The notes: generated from the sequence alone by a model not told the origin. A DNA stretch of 64,000 bases from Candidatus Woykebacteria bacterium (GCA_040876265.1 JBBDPN010000002.1:170510-234509); one strand, 5' to 3'. Shown: positions 18,904-28,433, counted from the first letter of the stretch. Made by a program: numbers and translations.

Positions 18904-19083
18904 GGCGAGCGTTGAAGATGCTGGAAACAGCGATGCCACGACCCCTAGGAGCTCCTAAGTAAATCAAGGGATTGATTTTCTTAGGAGGAGAAACGACCCC
19001 GTGTAGTCTTGTATGAAGTGGTGGTCGTTTTTCTTTTTCCTTCACTTCGCTCAGGATAAGTTATCTGGTAAAATGGTTTATCC

Positions 19084-22038
19084 ATGAGTAAAGTACTAGA
19101 GGGTTTGAACAAACAGCAAAAAGATGCAGTAATGACGACGGAAGGACCATTACTGATAATCGCTGGAGCTGGGACTGGAAAAACCACCGCCATTACCCGC
19201 CGCATCGCTTACCTTATTGAGCAAAAATTGGCTAAACCATCAGAAATTCTCGCACTCACCTTTACCGAAAAAGCAGCCGGAGAGATGGAAGAAAGGGTCG
19301 ATATTCTGGTTCCCTATGGTTACATTGACACTTGGATCTCTACATTTCACTCTTTTGGCAACCGCGTCTTGCAAGAAAACGCTATAGATCTAGGTCTATC
19401 CCCGGACTTTAAAGTCCTCACCCGCCCATCCCAAATTCTTTTTTTCCAACAAAACCTTTTTGCTTTTGATCCCTCTTATTATCGGCCACTTAGCAATCCA
19501 ACGAAGTTTATCGAAGCGATTTTGCAATTCATCAGTCGCTGTAAGGATGAAGACATTTCACCGGCAGACTACAAAAAATATGTCAGAAAATTGAAAAAAA
19601 CTACTCCAAGGAAACTTGGTTTAACGAAGAAGGAATGGGAGACCGAGGTCAAACGACAGGAAGAACTTGCTAATGTCTACGAAAAGTACGAGAAACTAAA
19701 AACAAATGCTGGACTTGTGGATTTTGGCGATCAGATTACTTTGACACTTAGACTTTTTCGCGAAAAACCAGGGGTTCTCAGAAAATACCAAAAACAATTT
19801 AAATACGTCCTTGTGGACGAATTCCAGGACACCAACTGGGCTCAGGACGAACTCGTCAAATTACTGGTAGAACCAAAGGATAATATCTGTGTGGTGGCAG
19901 ATGACGACCAGAGTATTTACCGTTTTCGCGGCGCGGCCATCAGCAACGTGCTGGAGTTTAAAAAGACTTACCCAAAAGCAAAAATAGTTACTCTGCTGGA
20001 AAACTTTCGCTCCGGGCAACCGATTCTCGACTCCGCCTACCGTCTGATTCGTCATAACGATCCAGATAGGCTTGAAGTACGTGAAAAAATTGATAAAAAA
20101 TTAAAATCAGTAAAAAAGAATCCGCCGGCTGGTGGATCTGGCCCGCCAAAAGAAATTTATGCTGAGACTCTTAGCGTTGAGGCTGATGCTATCGCAAAGA
20201 AAATTAAAGATTTAACAAAAAGGGAGAAGCTGGCCTACAAAGATATCGCAATTTTAGTGCGGGCAAATGCCCACGCCGATCCCTTTTTGCGAGCTCTCAA
20301 CATGAAAGGAATTCCCCACAAATTTGTTGGCAGTAGCGGCCTATACGCCCAGGAAGAAGTGAAGCTTTTAATCTCTTTCTTAACTGCAATTTCCAATTTC
20401 GACGATTCGCCAAACCTTTACAACCTTGCTTCGAGTGAAATTTATAAATTGCCTCTGAAAGACGCGATCGCGGTGATGGATTGGGCAAAAAGAAAAAGCA
20501 AGACCCTCCGTTATGTCCTCACCAAAATTGACGATCTAGAAGAGATCGAGCTAGGTGCGGAGGCGAAAGAGATAATTAAAAAGATAAACAGCGATTTAGA
20601 TTCTCTCGTTGATTTGTCCCGTAAAGAACCAGTCGGCCGGGCGCTCTATGAATTTTTGAAGAGAACTGGGTTCTTATCGCGGCTTGAACAAAAAGGCAAC
20701 GTGGAGGCGGAGATAAAGATCCAAAATATTGCCAGGTTTTTCGATAAAATCCGCGAATTTTCCGAGATTGCCCAAAATGAATCGGTGCGCGCCTTTACCG
20801 ATTGGCTCGCGGTTATGAGAGGTGCGGGAGACGACCCCGCAACTAGCGAATTTGATCCGGACACGAATGCAGTAAATATCATGACTGTTCACTCTGCCAA
20901 GGGTTTGGAATTCCCAGTGGTTTTTCTGGTGAATTTGGTTTCAGACAGGTTTCCCTCAAGAGAGAGGAGAGACGTTATTGCTATTCCGGCCGAACTAATA
21001 AAAGAAACACTTCCGGCTGGGGACTTTCACATGCAGGAGGAAAGAAGACTTTTTTACGTGGGTATGACGCGGGCGATGGATCATTTGTTTCTGACCTGGT
21101 CGCGTGATATTGGCGGAAAAAGGACCAAGAAAGTTTCTCCTTTTGTTCTTGAGGCACTGGATAAAACAGTCAGCAGTGCTCTGGTGGAAAAAACGAGCGC
21201 GCTAGAAAAAATCCACCGTCACGCTGGCCATACAGCCTCGGCTAGCAACCTACCTCAAGCAGGCGTAAAAGTAATTAAACTTACTCAAGGAGCAGTTGAT
21301 GATTACCAAACGTGCGCTTATAAGTATCGCTACGTTCATGTTTTGAGACTGCCTATTCTTCGTCACCACGCTGTGGTTTACGGAGCCGCGCTCCACATCG
21401 CTGTGGCCGCTTTTTACCGGGCCAAAATGGCTGGTAAAAAAATGCCACTCGCAGCACTCCTAGCAATTTTTGAAAAAGCCTGGACTGGCGAAGGCTTTCT
21501 TTCACAAGAGCATGAGGAGAGAAGATTAGCACAAGGGAAAAAGATCTTGGCTGATTTTTGGAGACGTGAAAAAGATAAAAAACAAAAACCCACCTTTATT
21601 GAAAAGGATTTTCGTTTCAGCGTCGGCGGAACTATTGTTACCGGTAGGTTCGATCGGGTGGATGTCGGCAGAAAAAAGGTGAAAATAATTGATTTCAAAA
21701 GTACTGAGGGCAGAAGCAAGGAAGAGATAGAAAAAAACGCCAAAGAAAGTATCCAACTTCGCGTCTATGCGTTGGCTTATTACAAAAATAGTAATCCGCC
21801 GGTAGTTCCAGATTTTGTCGGCATTTACGATCTTGATAGCGGAGTAGTGGGTGGTTACAAACCTACAAAGAAACATCTTGAAAAAACAGAAGAAGAGATC
21901 AAAGAAACTGCAAAAGGAATTAAAAATAATCTACAAGAGGACAATTTCCCAGCCAACCCAAAATACTTTGGTAGAGTCCCGGCGTGTTATTACTGTGCAT
22001 ACAATAGTATTTGCCCTTTCTCTTTAGTTAGAAGATAA
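19084..22038 (+). CDS. UvrD-family superfamily-1 helicase fused to a C-terminal RecB/Cas4-like PD-(D/E)XK nuclease with Fe-S cysteines
   Basis: Walker A GAGTGKTT. UvrD motifs (VDEFQDTN, TVHSAKGLEFP). C-terminal GRFDRVD ... IIDFKSTEG ... QLRVYALA nuclease motifs. Cysteines C...CYYCAYNSIC. Confidence 0.8.
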   Translation: MSKVLEGLNKQQKDAVMTTEGPLLIIAGAGTGKTTAITRRIAYLIEQKLAKPSEILALTFTEKAAGEMEERVDILVPYGYIDTWISTFHSFGNRVLQENAIDLGLSPDFKVLTRPSQILFFQQNLFAFDPSYYRPLSNPTKFIEAILQFISRCKDEDISPADYKKYVRKLKKTTPRKLGLTKKEWETEVKRQEELANVYEKYEKLKTNAGLVDFGDQITLTLRLFREKPGVLRKYQKQFKYVLVDEFQDTNWAQDELVKLLVEPKDNICVVADDDQSIYRFRGAAISNVLEFKKTYPKAKIVTLLENFRSGQPILDSAYRLIRHNDPDRLEVREKIDKKLKSVKKNPPAGGSGPPKEIYAETLSVEADAIAKKIKDLTKREKLAYKDIAILVRANAHADPFLRALNMKGIPHKFVGSSGLYAQEEVKLLISFLTAISNFDDSPNLYNLASSEIYKLPLKDAIAVMDWAKRKSKTLRYVLTKIDDLEEIELGAEAKEIIKKINSDLDSLVDLSRKEPVGRALYEFLKRTGFLSRLEQKGNVEAEIKIQNIARFFDKIREFSEIAQNESVRAFTDWLAVMRGAGDDPATSEFDPDTNAVNIMTVHSAKGLEFPVVFLVNLVSDRFPSRERRDVIAIPAELIKETLPAGDFHMQEERRLFYVGMTRAMDHLFLTWSRDIGGKRTKKVSPFVLEALDKTVSSALVEKTSALEKIHRHAGHTASASNLPQAGVKVIKLTQGAVDDYQTCAYKYRYVHVLRLPILRHHAVVYGAALHIAVAAFYRAKMAGKKMPLAALLAIFEKAWTGEGFLSQEHEERRLAQGKKILADFWRREKDKKQKPTFIEKDFRFSVGGTIVTGRFDRVDVGRKKVKIIDFKSTEGRSKEEIEKNAKESIQLRVYALAYYKNSNPPVVPDFVGIYDLDSGVVGGYKPTKKHLEKTEEEIKETAKGIKNNLQEDNFPANPKYFGRVPACYYCAYNSICPFSLVRR

Positions 22039-22140
22039 AACTTGACTTAGCTAGGCAGAAGTTGCCTAGCGCAGGATACGTGAATACTCGAGAAATTAAG
22101 GAGCCCGCAAATTTCGAGCGTATGTAGTATCCTATAGGAT

Positions 22141-22169
22141 TTGACTTTAAGCCTATTTTGTGATATTAT
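22141..22169 (+). promoter_or_regulatory. near-consensus sigma70 promoter TTGACT-N17-(TGa)TATTAT
   Basis: TTGACT at 22141-22146. 17-nt spacer. Extended -10 TGATATTAT at 22161-22169. Confidence 0.4.
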
Positions 22170-22384
22170 ATACCCGTAATTAAATAATACCACTGCCAGC
22201 TTCCTGAGAAAAAATTCTCGCGAAGTAGCCAGCAGAATGCAGGAAATCACGAAAGACACAATCTTGAGCGACGAAGCGCATTCTTTTTTTGTAGGGTTAA
22301 ATCTGATTACTACAGGTTGTTAGTTTCAACCCCGCAACTTGAAAAGTAGAGTCTTGTGTTGGCCCTTAGTAAAGGAGGCGTTTT

Positions 22385-22822
22385 ATGGCCAACTATTCAA
22401 GGCGGTTTCCGAGAGATCCGTACGAAGGGTTGCTGACTGAAGCACTCGTAGCCTGCGGTTACGAGGTAGTTCTGTCCAGCGGCCTTGAAGACGAGATCTT
22501 CGGTGAGGACGCTCGGGATACCGAATACGATGTTCCTTGGGACTTCTATGTCGGTAACGGAAACAACGGCCGGTACGCGGAAAAGCTTGCAAAGGCTGAA
22601 GCAAACCGAGTCGCTGTTCTTCAAATCCCAGTCGGTCTTCTGGATGATCTATGTCTTCCCTCCCGAAGGGCCCGAGCCCTGACTCAGCTAGCAGGTCTCT
22701 ACGATGAGGCACTTAGCAAAGCACGTAGTCAGAGGCTTCGGAGTCGACAGGAGTTGGAAGCGGAGAAATCCAGTTGGTTGACGTTCGAGCGCCAACCTCG
22801 CCGTGTTCTCCAACCCGCCTAA
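22385..22822 (+). CDS. hypothetical protein (ORFan), G+C-rich islet
   Basis: 145-aa ORF. AAAGGAGG ribosome-binding site 6 nt upstream. The antisense ORFs here are attributed to high G+C. Confidence 0.4.
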   Translation: MANYSRRFPRDPYEGLLTEALVACGYEVVLSSGLEDEIFGEDARDTEYDVPWDFYVGNGNNGRYAEKLAKAEANRVAVLQIPVGLLDDLCLPSRRARALTQLAGLYDEALSKARSQRLRSRQELEAEKSSWLTFERQPRRVLQPA

Positions 22823-23035
22823 GAACCAAATACCTGCCAGGGGGAGTACTGATATTAGCGAAAGCCAATCAGTCTGGTAACCAACAACCTCCCTCCGCTT
22901 CGCAAGTCGTCAAGGACTTGCTCAGGAAATAAAAGGAGGTGAAAACCATATTCCTGGGCAGCTCCTTGGCAAGATGCCAAAGCGGACTATCTCACCCGTT
23001 AGTGAGGTGACAGTTACCCTAAGGAGGGATATCGA

Positions 23036-23413
23036 ATGGTAGACAGCAACATGTATGGTTGCGCTCTCGGAATCTGCGATGTTCTGGGTGCACCCCAGGA
23101 CACCTATACGTTCCGGGGTGACAACGACCCCTCGCCTCTGCTCTGGGTGGTCGTGGACCTGGACAGCAATAGGGATCCACTCAAGCGGCAGTACAAAACC
23201 TTGTGTTGCCATCACAGGGGTAAGGCAGCCAAGGCGCTCGAGAGTAAGGGTCGCAGCGTCACAGTGATGCCTTTGCACGCCTTCCTCGAGAAGCGCGCGG
23301 AGTTCGAAGCCGAAGCGCAGGCCAAGCGGGATCAGGAAGAAGCCGAGGCTGCAGCCTTCGAGGACCTTTGGAACACTCCTACCGCAGAGGCACCGGCCGT
23401 TACGACCGTGTAG
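23036..23413 (+). CDS. hypothetical Cys-containing protein (ORFan), G+C-rich islet
   Basis: 125-aa ORF. TAAGGAGGG ribosome-binding site 7 nt upstream. Confidence 0.4.
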   Translation: MVDSNMYGCALGICDVLGAPQDTYTFRGDNDPSPLLWVVVDLDSNRDPLKRQYKTLCCHHRGKAAKALESKGRSVTVMPLHAFLEKRAEFEAEAQAKRDQEEAEAAAFEDLWNTPTAEAPAVTTV

Positions 23414-23645
23414 CCCCAGCCAAACCAAGCGACCATCTCCAAATCACTCAGAAAAGAGACACCCGTGATTGGTGAGCACGGTTAACGTGCAGTGATTAAC
23501 CGCTCGAGGAATGAATGAGCGGAAAATAAAGATCAGGGAGGTACTGGCCTATAACATATAGGAAGTCTGGTTGGAAGAAGTCGAACTTCTCAAAAAACCT
23601 CCCCAACCTTTCTTACAACCGCCAAAATAGGTGGTTTTTCTTTGG

Positions 23646-24533
23646 TCAAAAAAAGCGAGACGGGAAAAAGAGTATTTTTGACCAAAGCTTGGGGTACTTC
23701 ACGAAAGAGCCAATATATTCCACCTCTTCCCCGCCAAACCCCCGTTTAAAAAGAGTAAAGCCTTTCCAATTTCTGGTTGAGTGGATGCGAGGGTCGTGAA
23801 TGCCTTCAAGATCGAGCGTCTTGCAGCCTTTTTTCTTTAAGAATCGCATCGCTTCCCACAAAAGTAGATATGGAGCCATCACGTCGCGATGTCCTTCTAC
23901 GGAAGCCGCGTGTTGATAGTACCCAGCTTTTTCTGAGAACAATAGTAAAGAAGAAGCGAGAGCCTCATTATTGTAATAAGCAGTAAGTATCGCGGCCGAG
24001 CCGCCTTTGTGAAAAATTTTCCAGAGAACCTCTATTTCCTTTTTTGCCGGCCAAAACCCCTTTCTTTTTGCAGTTGCGTAGTAAAGAGTTTTAAACTCTT
24101 CAATATCATCAGTTTGCTTTACCATTACTCCTCGACGCTGTGCTAAACGTACATTGTAGCGAGTGTCTTTTTCCATATTTCTGAGGAGCTCATCTTCACT
24201 TTTGGTAAGGTCAATTTTTATAGTTCGGGTGGGTGAGAGCGGCCAACGATCGCCTCTAAAACCACTATTTTCAATTAGGGATAAAATATTATCGAGCTTG
24301 GATTGTTTGGTTTCTATGGCGGGTTCTAGCTTAACGAAAAAAACATTGTTTTCTTTCACTACAGCGTCAATTTGTTTCAGAGGTAGAGGTAAAGGGACTC
24401 TAGGTATCTTTACTATTGTTCCCATGACAGGGATCTTTTTGGAGTAAGCAAATGAAGTTGGAGTCAGAGGGTGTGTTTGCCAACCAAGTTCCTCCAGGTA
24501 TTTCGCCCACAAACTGCTTTGCCGAATGTCCAC
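23646..24533 (-). CDS. FemAB-family peptidoglycan interpeptide-bridge aminoacyltransferase (GNAT fold)
   Basis: TRYNVRLAQRRG, YLLLWEAMRFLKKKGCKTLDLEG and FKRGFGGEEVEY motifs match the FemAB family. Confidence 0.6.
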   Translation of the reverse strand: MDIRQSSLWAKYLEELGWQTHPLTPTSFAYSKKIPVMGTIVKIPRVPLPLPLKQIDAVVKENNVFFVKLEPAIETKQSKLDNILSLIENSGFRGDRWPLSPTRTIKIDLTKSEDELLRNMEKDTRYNVRLAQRRGVMVKQTDDIEEFKTLYYATAKRKGFWPAKKEIEVLWKIFHKGGSAAILTAYYNNEALASSLLLFSEKAGYYQHAASVEGHRDVMAPYLLLWEAMRFLKKKGCKTLDLEGIHDPRIHSTRNWKGFTLFKRGFGGEEVEYIGSFVKYPKLWSKILFFPSRFF

Positions 24534-24542
24534 ACTTTAATA

Positions 24543-25145
24543 CTACTTCAAAATATATAGTTCGACAAAGCGGGCCGACCACCAACCATTTTTTACATCG
24601 TCAAAACCTAGATCCACTCTAGCACCTTTTATGTTTCCACCGGTATCTCCAGCGGTGGCTACGCCGTAACCAGGAATATAAAGTTTGCTACCAAGCGGTA
24701 TTACCGTTGGATCAACAGCTACCACACCAAAACCGGTCGGCAGTCCAGAAGCAGTGGTGCTACTGCAACCCTTACAATATTTATCATAAGAAGTAGAAAA
24801 GACATTAAGTTTCTTCGAAAAGGGTAGTAGTCCTTGGGGGGTTTTTACCAAACCTTGGGCTTCAAAAAGATCTGCCGCACTAATGTTTTTGGAAGTTGGA
24901 GAATGTATTGTCTGAATTGATATTGGTAGCCTAAGAGAATCAAGTCTGGTAAGACCAATACTTAACGCGGGAGCAATTTGATTACCTACACTTATTACCA
25001 ACACCGCGGAGATAAATAAGATTATTAAACCTAAAGACCGAAAAGAGAGTCTTCCGAAAAGGAGAAAGAAAAGTCCTCGTACTGCAGGCAATAGATTTAC
25101 CTGAGCTTGCTTCTCAGTAGAAAAGAGACGGCCAGTAGTTCTCAT
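24543..25145 (-). CDS. 3D-domain (MltA-like) cell-wall protein, membrane anchored
   Basis: N-terminal TM. C-terminal YIPGYGVATAGDTGGNIKGARVDLGFDD matches the 3D domain with three conserved Asp. Confidence 0.6.
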   Translation of the reverse strand: MRTTGRLFSTEKQAQVNLLPAVRGLFFLLFGRLSFRSLGLIILFISAVLVISVGNQIAPALSIGLTRLDSLRLPISIQTIHSPTSKNISAADLFEAQGLVKTPQGLLPFSKKLNVFSTSYDKYCKGCSSTTASGLPTGFGVVAVDPTVIPLGSKLYIPGYGVATAGDTGGNIKGARVDLGFDDVKNGWWSARFVELYILK

Positions 25146-25197
25146 CTAAGGAAATTCTAATAAACATTTCAGTGATAGTAAAGAAGATCTTACAGCA

Positions 25198-27054
25198 TCA
25201 AAACTTAATCGTCGTTATTAGCTCTTGAGGGATTTCAGTTAGAAAACGGCTTGGTATCCCCTCACTTCTCTGCCCAAAGTAGAGTCTATTTGTGGCGTAA
25301 GTGAAAAATAATTGTTCCTTTGCGCGAGTTATACCAACATAACAAAGCCGCCGCTCTTCCTCCAGCTCATTTGCGTCAAAAATTGAGCGGTTGTGGGGAA
25401 ACAAACCCTCCTCCATTCCTACTATAAAAACGACGGGGAACTCCAACCCCTTGGCCGCATGGGCGGTCATAAGAGTAACAGCATCTGCTTTTTGTTTTCC
25501 CAAGGAAGGTTTCTGCGGTCCGTATTCTTTTTCAAGAAGAGCAACGTTTTCCAGAAAATCCATTAGGTTTGGGAATTCCGCCGCAACACTTCGTAGCTCT
25601 TTTACGTTTTCTACTCTCGCCGCCGCTTCAATACTACCATCGTCAAGCCACTCAAGGTAAGCTATTTTTGATAAAACAAGATCAATTATGTCGATCGTAA
25701 CTAGTTCTTTATATGAGGGACGCAAGCCCTCAAGTAGCTGCTCAAATTCTTTTAATTTCGCGCCGTCCCCCTTTATCGTAGCGGGACCAATTCCTCGAGG
25801 TGGTACGTTAACAACTCGTTTGTAGGACATCTCATCGTCCGGATTAATAATCAACCGTAAGTACGCTAGTATATCCTTGATCTCTTTTCTTTCGTAAAAC
25901 CGGACACCGCCCACAAGTAAGTAAGGAATGCCATCTCGTAAGAAAACTTCTTCAATCGCCCTTGATTGAGCGTTGGTTCTATAAAGCACAGCGAACGAAC
26001 TGTAAGAATAACCTTTGTTCGAAGAGAAAAGACGAGCGATGGCTCTAGTAATAAAAGAAGCCTCCTCTATTTCATTTTGGGCTTCGTAGGAGATGATTGG
26101 GTTGCCGTCCGGATTGTCTGTCCAAAGATCTAGTATAGGGTGGGAACGGTTTTGAGCGATAATTTTTGTCGCCGCTGCCAAAATATTTTTGGTACTACGA
26201 TAATTTTGTTCGAGGTTAAAAATCTTACTCTCCGGATAATCAGCAGAAAAATTTAGAATATTACGAAAATCAGCTCCTCGCCAGCCGTATATTGCTTGAG
26301 CAGCGTCACCAACGATAAAGATGTTTCGTTTCGGCCCAGCAAGAAGTTTAGTTAATAAATACTGGACTTTGTTGGTGTCTTGATACTCATCTACCAATAT
26401 GAATTCCCAACGATTTTGATATTTTTGTAAAACCTTTGGGTAATTTTTGAAGAGATTAGCCACCTTTATTAATAGGTCGTCGAAATCTGCAGCGTTTGAA
26501 CTGGCTAATTTTTTTTCATAGTCGTCGTAGACTTTAGCAACAATATCTTCTTGAAAAAAACCTTGAGATAGAACATCGTACTCTTTGGGTCCAACAAGCT
26601 CATTCTTGGCGCTACTGATAGCCCCACGGACACTACCTGGCGAAAACTGCTTTATATCAATGTTAAGGTTTTTCATGGAGTCTTTGACGGCACTCAACGA
26701 ATCGTATTCATCAAAGATTACGAAGTTTTTACCCAAACCCATATGATGGCCATCCTCTCTCAAAATTCTTGCGCAGATTGCATGAAATGTTCCCATAGTA
26801 GGCAGGGAAACACCTGGCCCTAACAACTTTTTTACCCGTTCTTTCATTTCACTAGCAGCTTTGTTGGTAAAAGTGACCGCTAGTATTTTATCAGCCGGAA
26901 TTTTCTTTGTTTTTATAAGATAAGCGATTCGGTGAGTTATTACGCGAGTTTTTCCAGATCCCGGTCCTGAAAGAACAATCGCCTGCCCAGTGAAGAACTC
27001 TACCACCCTTTTTTGGGACGGGTTAAGCGGTGTCAAAATATCCACAGTCATCAT
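25198..27054 (-). CDS. pcrA: ATP-dependent DNA helicase, PcrA/UvrD/Rep family (compact 618 aa)
   Basis: Walker A GPGSGKT. LAVTFTNKAASEM, VDEYQDTN and MTAHAAKGLEFPVVF motifs. Confidence 0.85.
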   Translation of the reverse strand: MMTVDILTPLNPSQKRVVEFFTGQAIVLSGPGSGKTRVITHRIAYLIKTKKIPADKILAVTFTNKAASEMKERVKKLLGPGVSLPTMGTFHAICARILREDGHHMGLGKNFVIFDEYDSLSAVKDSMKNLNIDIKQFSPGSVRGAISSAKNELVGPKEYDVLSQGFFQEDIVAKVYDDYEKKLASSNAADFDDLLIKVANLFKNYPKVLQKYQNRWEFILVDEYQDTNKVQYLLTKLLAGPKRNIFIVGDAAQAIYGWRGADFRNILNFSADYPESKIFNLEQNYRSTKNILAAATKIIAQNRSHPILDLWTDNPDGNPIISYEAQNEIEEASFITRAIARLFSSNKGYSYSSFAVLYRTNAQSRAIEEVFLRDGIPYLLVGGVRFYERKEIKDILAYLRLIINPDDEMSYKRVVNVPPRGIGPATIKGDGAKLKEFEQLLEGLRPSYKELVTIDIIDLVLSKIAYLEWLDDGSIEAAARVENVKELRSVAAEFPNLMDFLENVALLEKEYGPQKPSLGKQKADAVTLMTAHAAKGLEFPVVFIVGMEEGLFPHNRSIFDANELEEERRLCYVGITRAKEQLFFTYATNRLYFGQRSEGIPSRFLTEIPQELITTIKF

Positions 27055-27133
27055 AATAACTAAAAAAGAAACGTGAGGAAAGTAACAAAAGTCTGAAAAA
27101 ATTGTGATATACTAATTTTTGGGACAATTATTT

Positions 27134-27403
27134 ATGGCGTTGCAACTAATTGATTTTTACGCTGACTGGTGTGGCCCATGTGTGGTTATGAAACCAGTAA
27201 TTGATGAGCTAGAAAAAGAGCTCTCAGAGAAAATCGAAGTTAAAAAAATTGACGTTGATGAAAATCAAGAAGAAGCAAGCAAATATGGCGTTATGAGCAT
27301 TCCTACTTACCTCATCCTCAAAGACGGTGAGGAGGTAGATCGCTTTGTCGGAGTAACCAGTAAAGAAGTAATCAAACATAAGCTTACCTCTCACACCTCT
27401 TAA
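27134..27403 (+). CDS. trxA: thioredoxin
   Basis: WCGPC active site. Extended -10 promoter TGTGATATACT just upstream. Confidence 0.85.
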   Translation: MALQLIDFYADWCGPCVVMKPVIDELEKELSEKIEVKKIDVDENQEEASKYGVMSIPTYLILKDGEEVDRFVGVTSKEVIKHKLTSHTS

Positions 27404-27436
27404 CAACCTTGTTTATCTGGTGATACAATTGATGAC

Positions 27437-28429
27437 ATGCGTTCTGTAGAAGAAGCAGATGTCTCCGGAAAAAGAGTAATAGTTTGGGCTGATTTGGATG
27501 TCCCAATTGAAAACGGTCATGTTACTGATGATACTCGACTTCAGGTCGCTACCGCGACAATAAAATGGTTAAAGGGAAAGAGGGCATCTATATTGCTGCT
27601 TGGGCATCTTGGAAGGCCGAAAGGGAAGGATTTATCACTATCCTTCAAGCCTGTTACGGAAAAGTTAACCCAACTTTTAGGTTCAAAGGTTGAGTTATTG
27701 GAAGAGATAAAGCCTCCACAAACTGATCTGGCGGTGCTAGAAAACATCCGCTTTTGGCCCGGCGAAGAAAAAAAAGATAAGAATTTTGCCAAGCAGATAG
27801 CCGGGTTGGCAGAGATTTATGTTAACGATTGCTTTGCTACTTCTCATCACGCTGGCGCCACCATGATCTATATACCAAGCCTGCTACCTGCATTTGCCGG
27901 TATAAACCTTCTAAGAGAAGTTCAAGAATTGGGGAAATTGTTTGATCGTCCAGCAAGACCACTTGTTGCAATAATTGCTGGGGCAAAACTTGAAACCAAA
28001 CTGCCAGCGATCTACAATCTTTCTAAGGTTTCCGACACTGTTTTGGTAGGGGGTAAATTAATGTTGGAGGTGGATAGAAGAACTTTACCAGAGAATGTAG
28101 TGGCCGCTTACGATGATTTAGACGGAAAGGATATAGGCCGAAAATCTATCGATCTTTTTAACGACGAAATTAAAAAAGCAAAAACAATTGTTTGGAACGG
28201 AACATTGGGAATGTACGAAGACAGTAAGTATATGAATGGGACAGCTGCAGTAGCCTCAGCTGTTGCCGACTCAAAAGCCTATTCTATAGTCGGTGGGGGT
28301 GATACGATTGCCGCTTTGAATAAAATAGGCTTACTTGATAAAATAAAATTCGTTTCCACCGGTGGTGGCGCAATGTTAGAATTTCTCGCCGGTAAAAGCC
28401 TCCCTGGCATTGAAGTGTTGGACGGTTGA
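27437..28429 (+). CDS. pgk: phosphoglycerate kinase (compact form)
   Basis: N-terminal substrate-binding region. C-terminal GGGDTIAAL and STGGGAMLEFL motifs. Confidence 0.85.
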   Translation: MRSVEEADVSGKRVIVWADLDVPIENGHVTDDTRLQVATATIKWLKGKRASILLLGHLGRPKGKDLSLSFKPVTEKLTQLLGSKVELLEEIKPPQTDLAVLENIRFWPGEEKKDKNFAKQIAGLAEIYVNDCFATSHHAGATMIYIPSLLPAFAGINLLREVQELGKLFDRPARPLVAIIAGAKLETKLPAIYNLSKVSDTVLVGGKLMLEVDRRTLPENVVAAYDDLDGKDIGRKSIDLFNDEIKKAKTIVWNGTLGMYEDSKYMNGTAAVASAVADSKAYSIVGGGDTIAALNKIGLLDKIKFVSTGGGAMLEFLAGKSLPGIEVLDG

Positions 28430-28433
28430 TTTT

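Noticed and set aside
22383-23428. Minus-strand ORFs of 109 aa (22383-22712) and 168 aa (22922-23428) in the second G+C-rich islet
   Set aside because: No ribosome-binding sites. They are antisense to plus-strand ORFs that each have GGAGG sites at ideal spacing. High G+C suppresses stop codons.
28410-28433. Upstream ATG (28410) as the tpiA start, overlapping the pgk 3' end
   Set aside because: MKCWTVDF is not TIM-like. ATG 28434 gives the canonical MKKPLVVANWK N-terminus immediately after the pgk stop.
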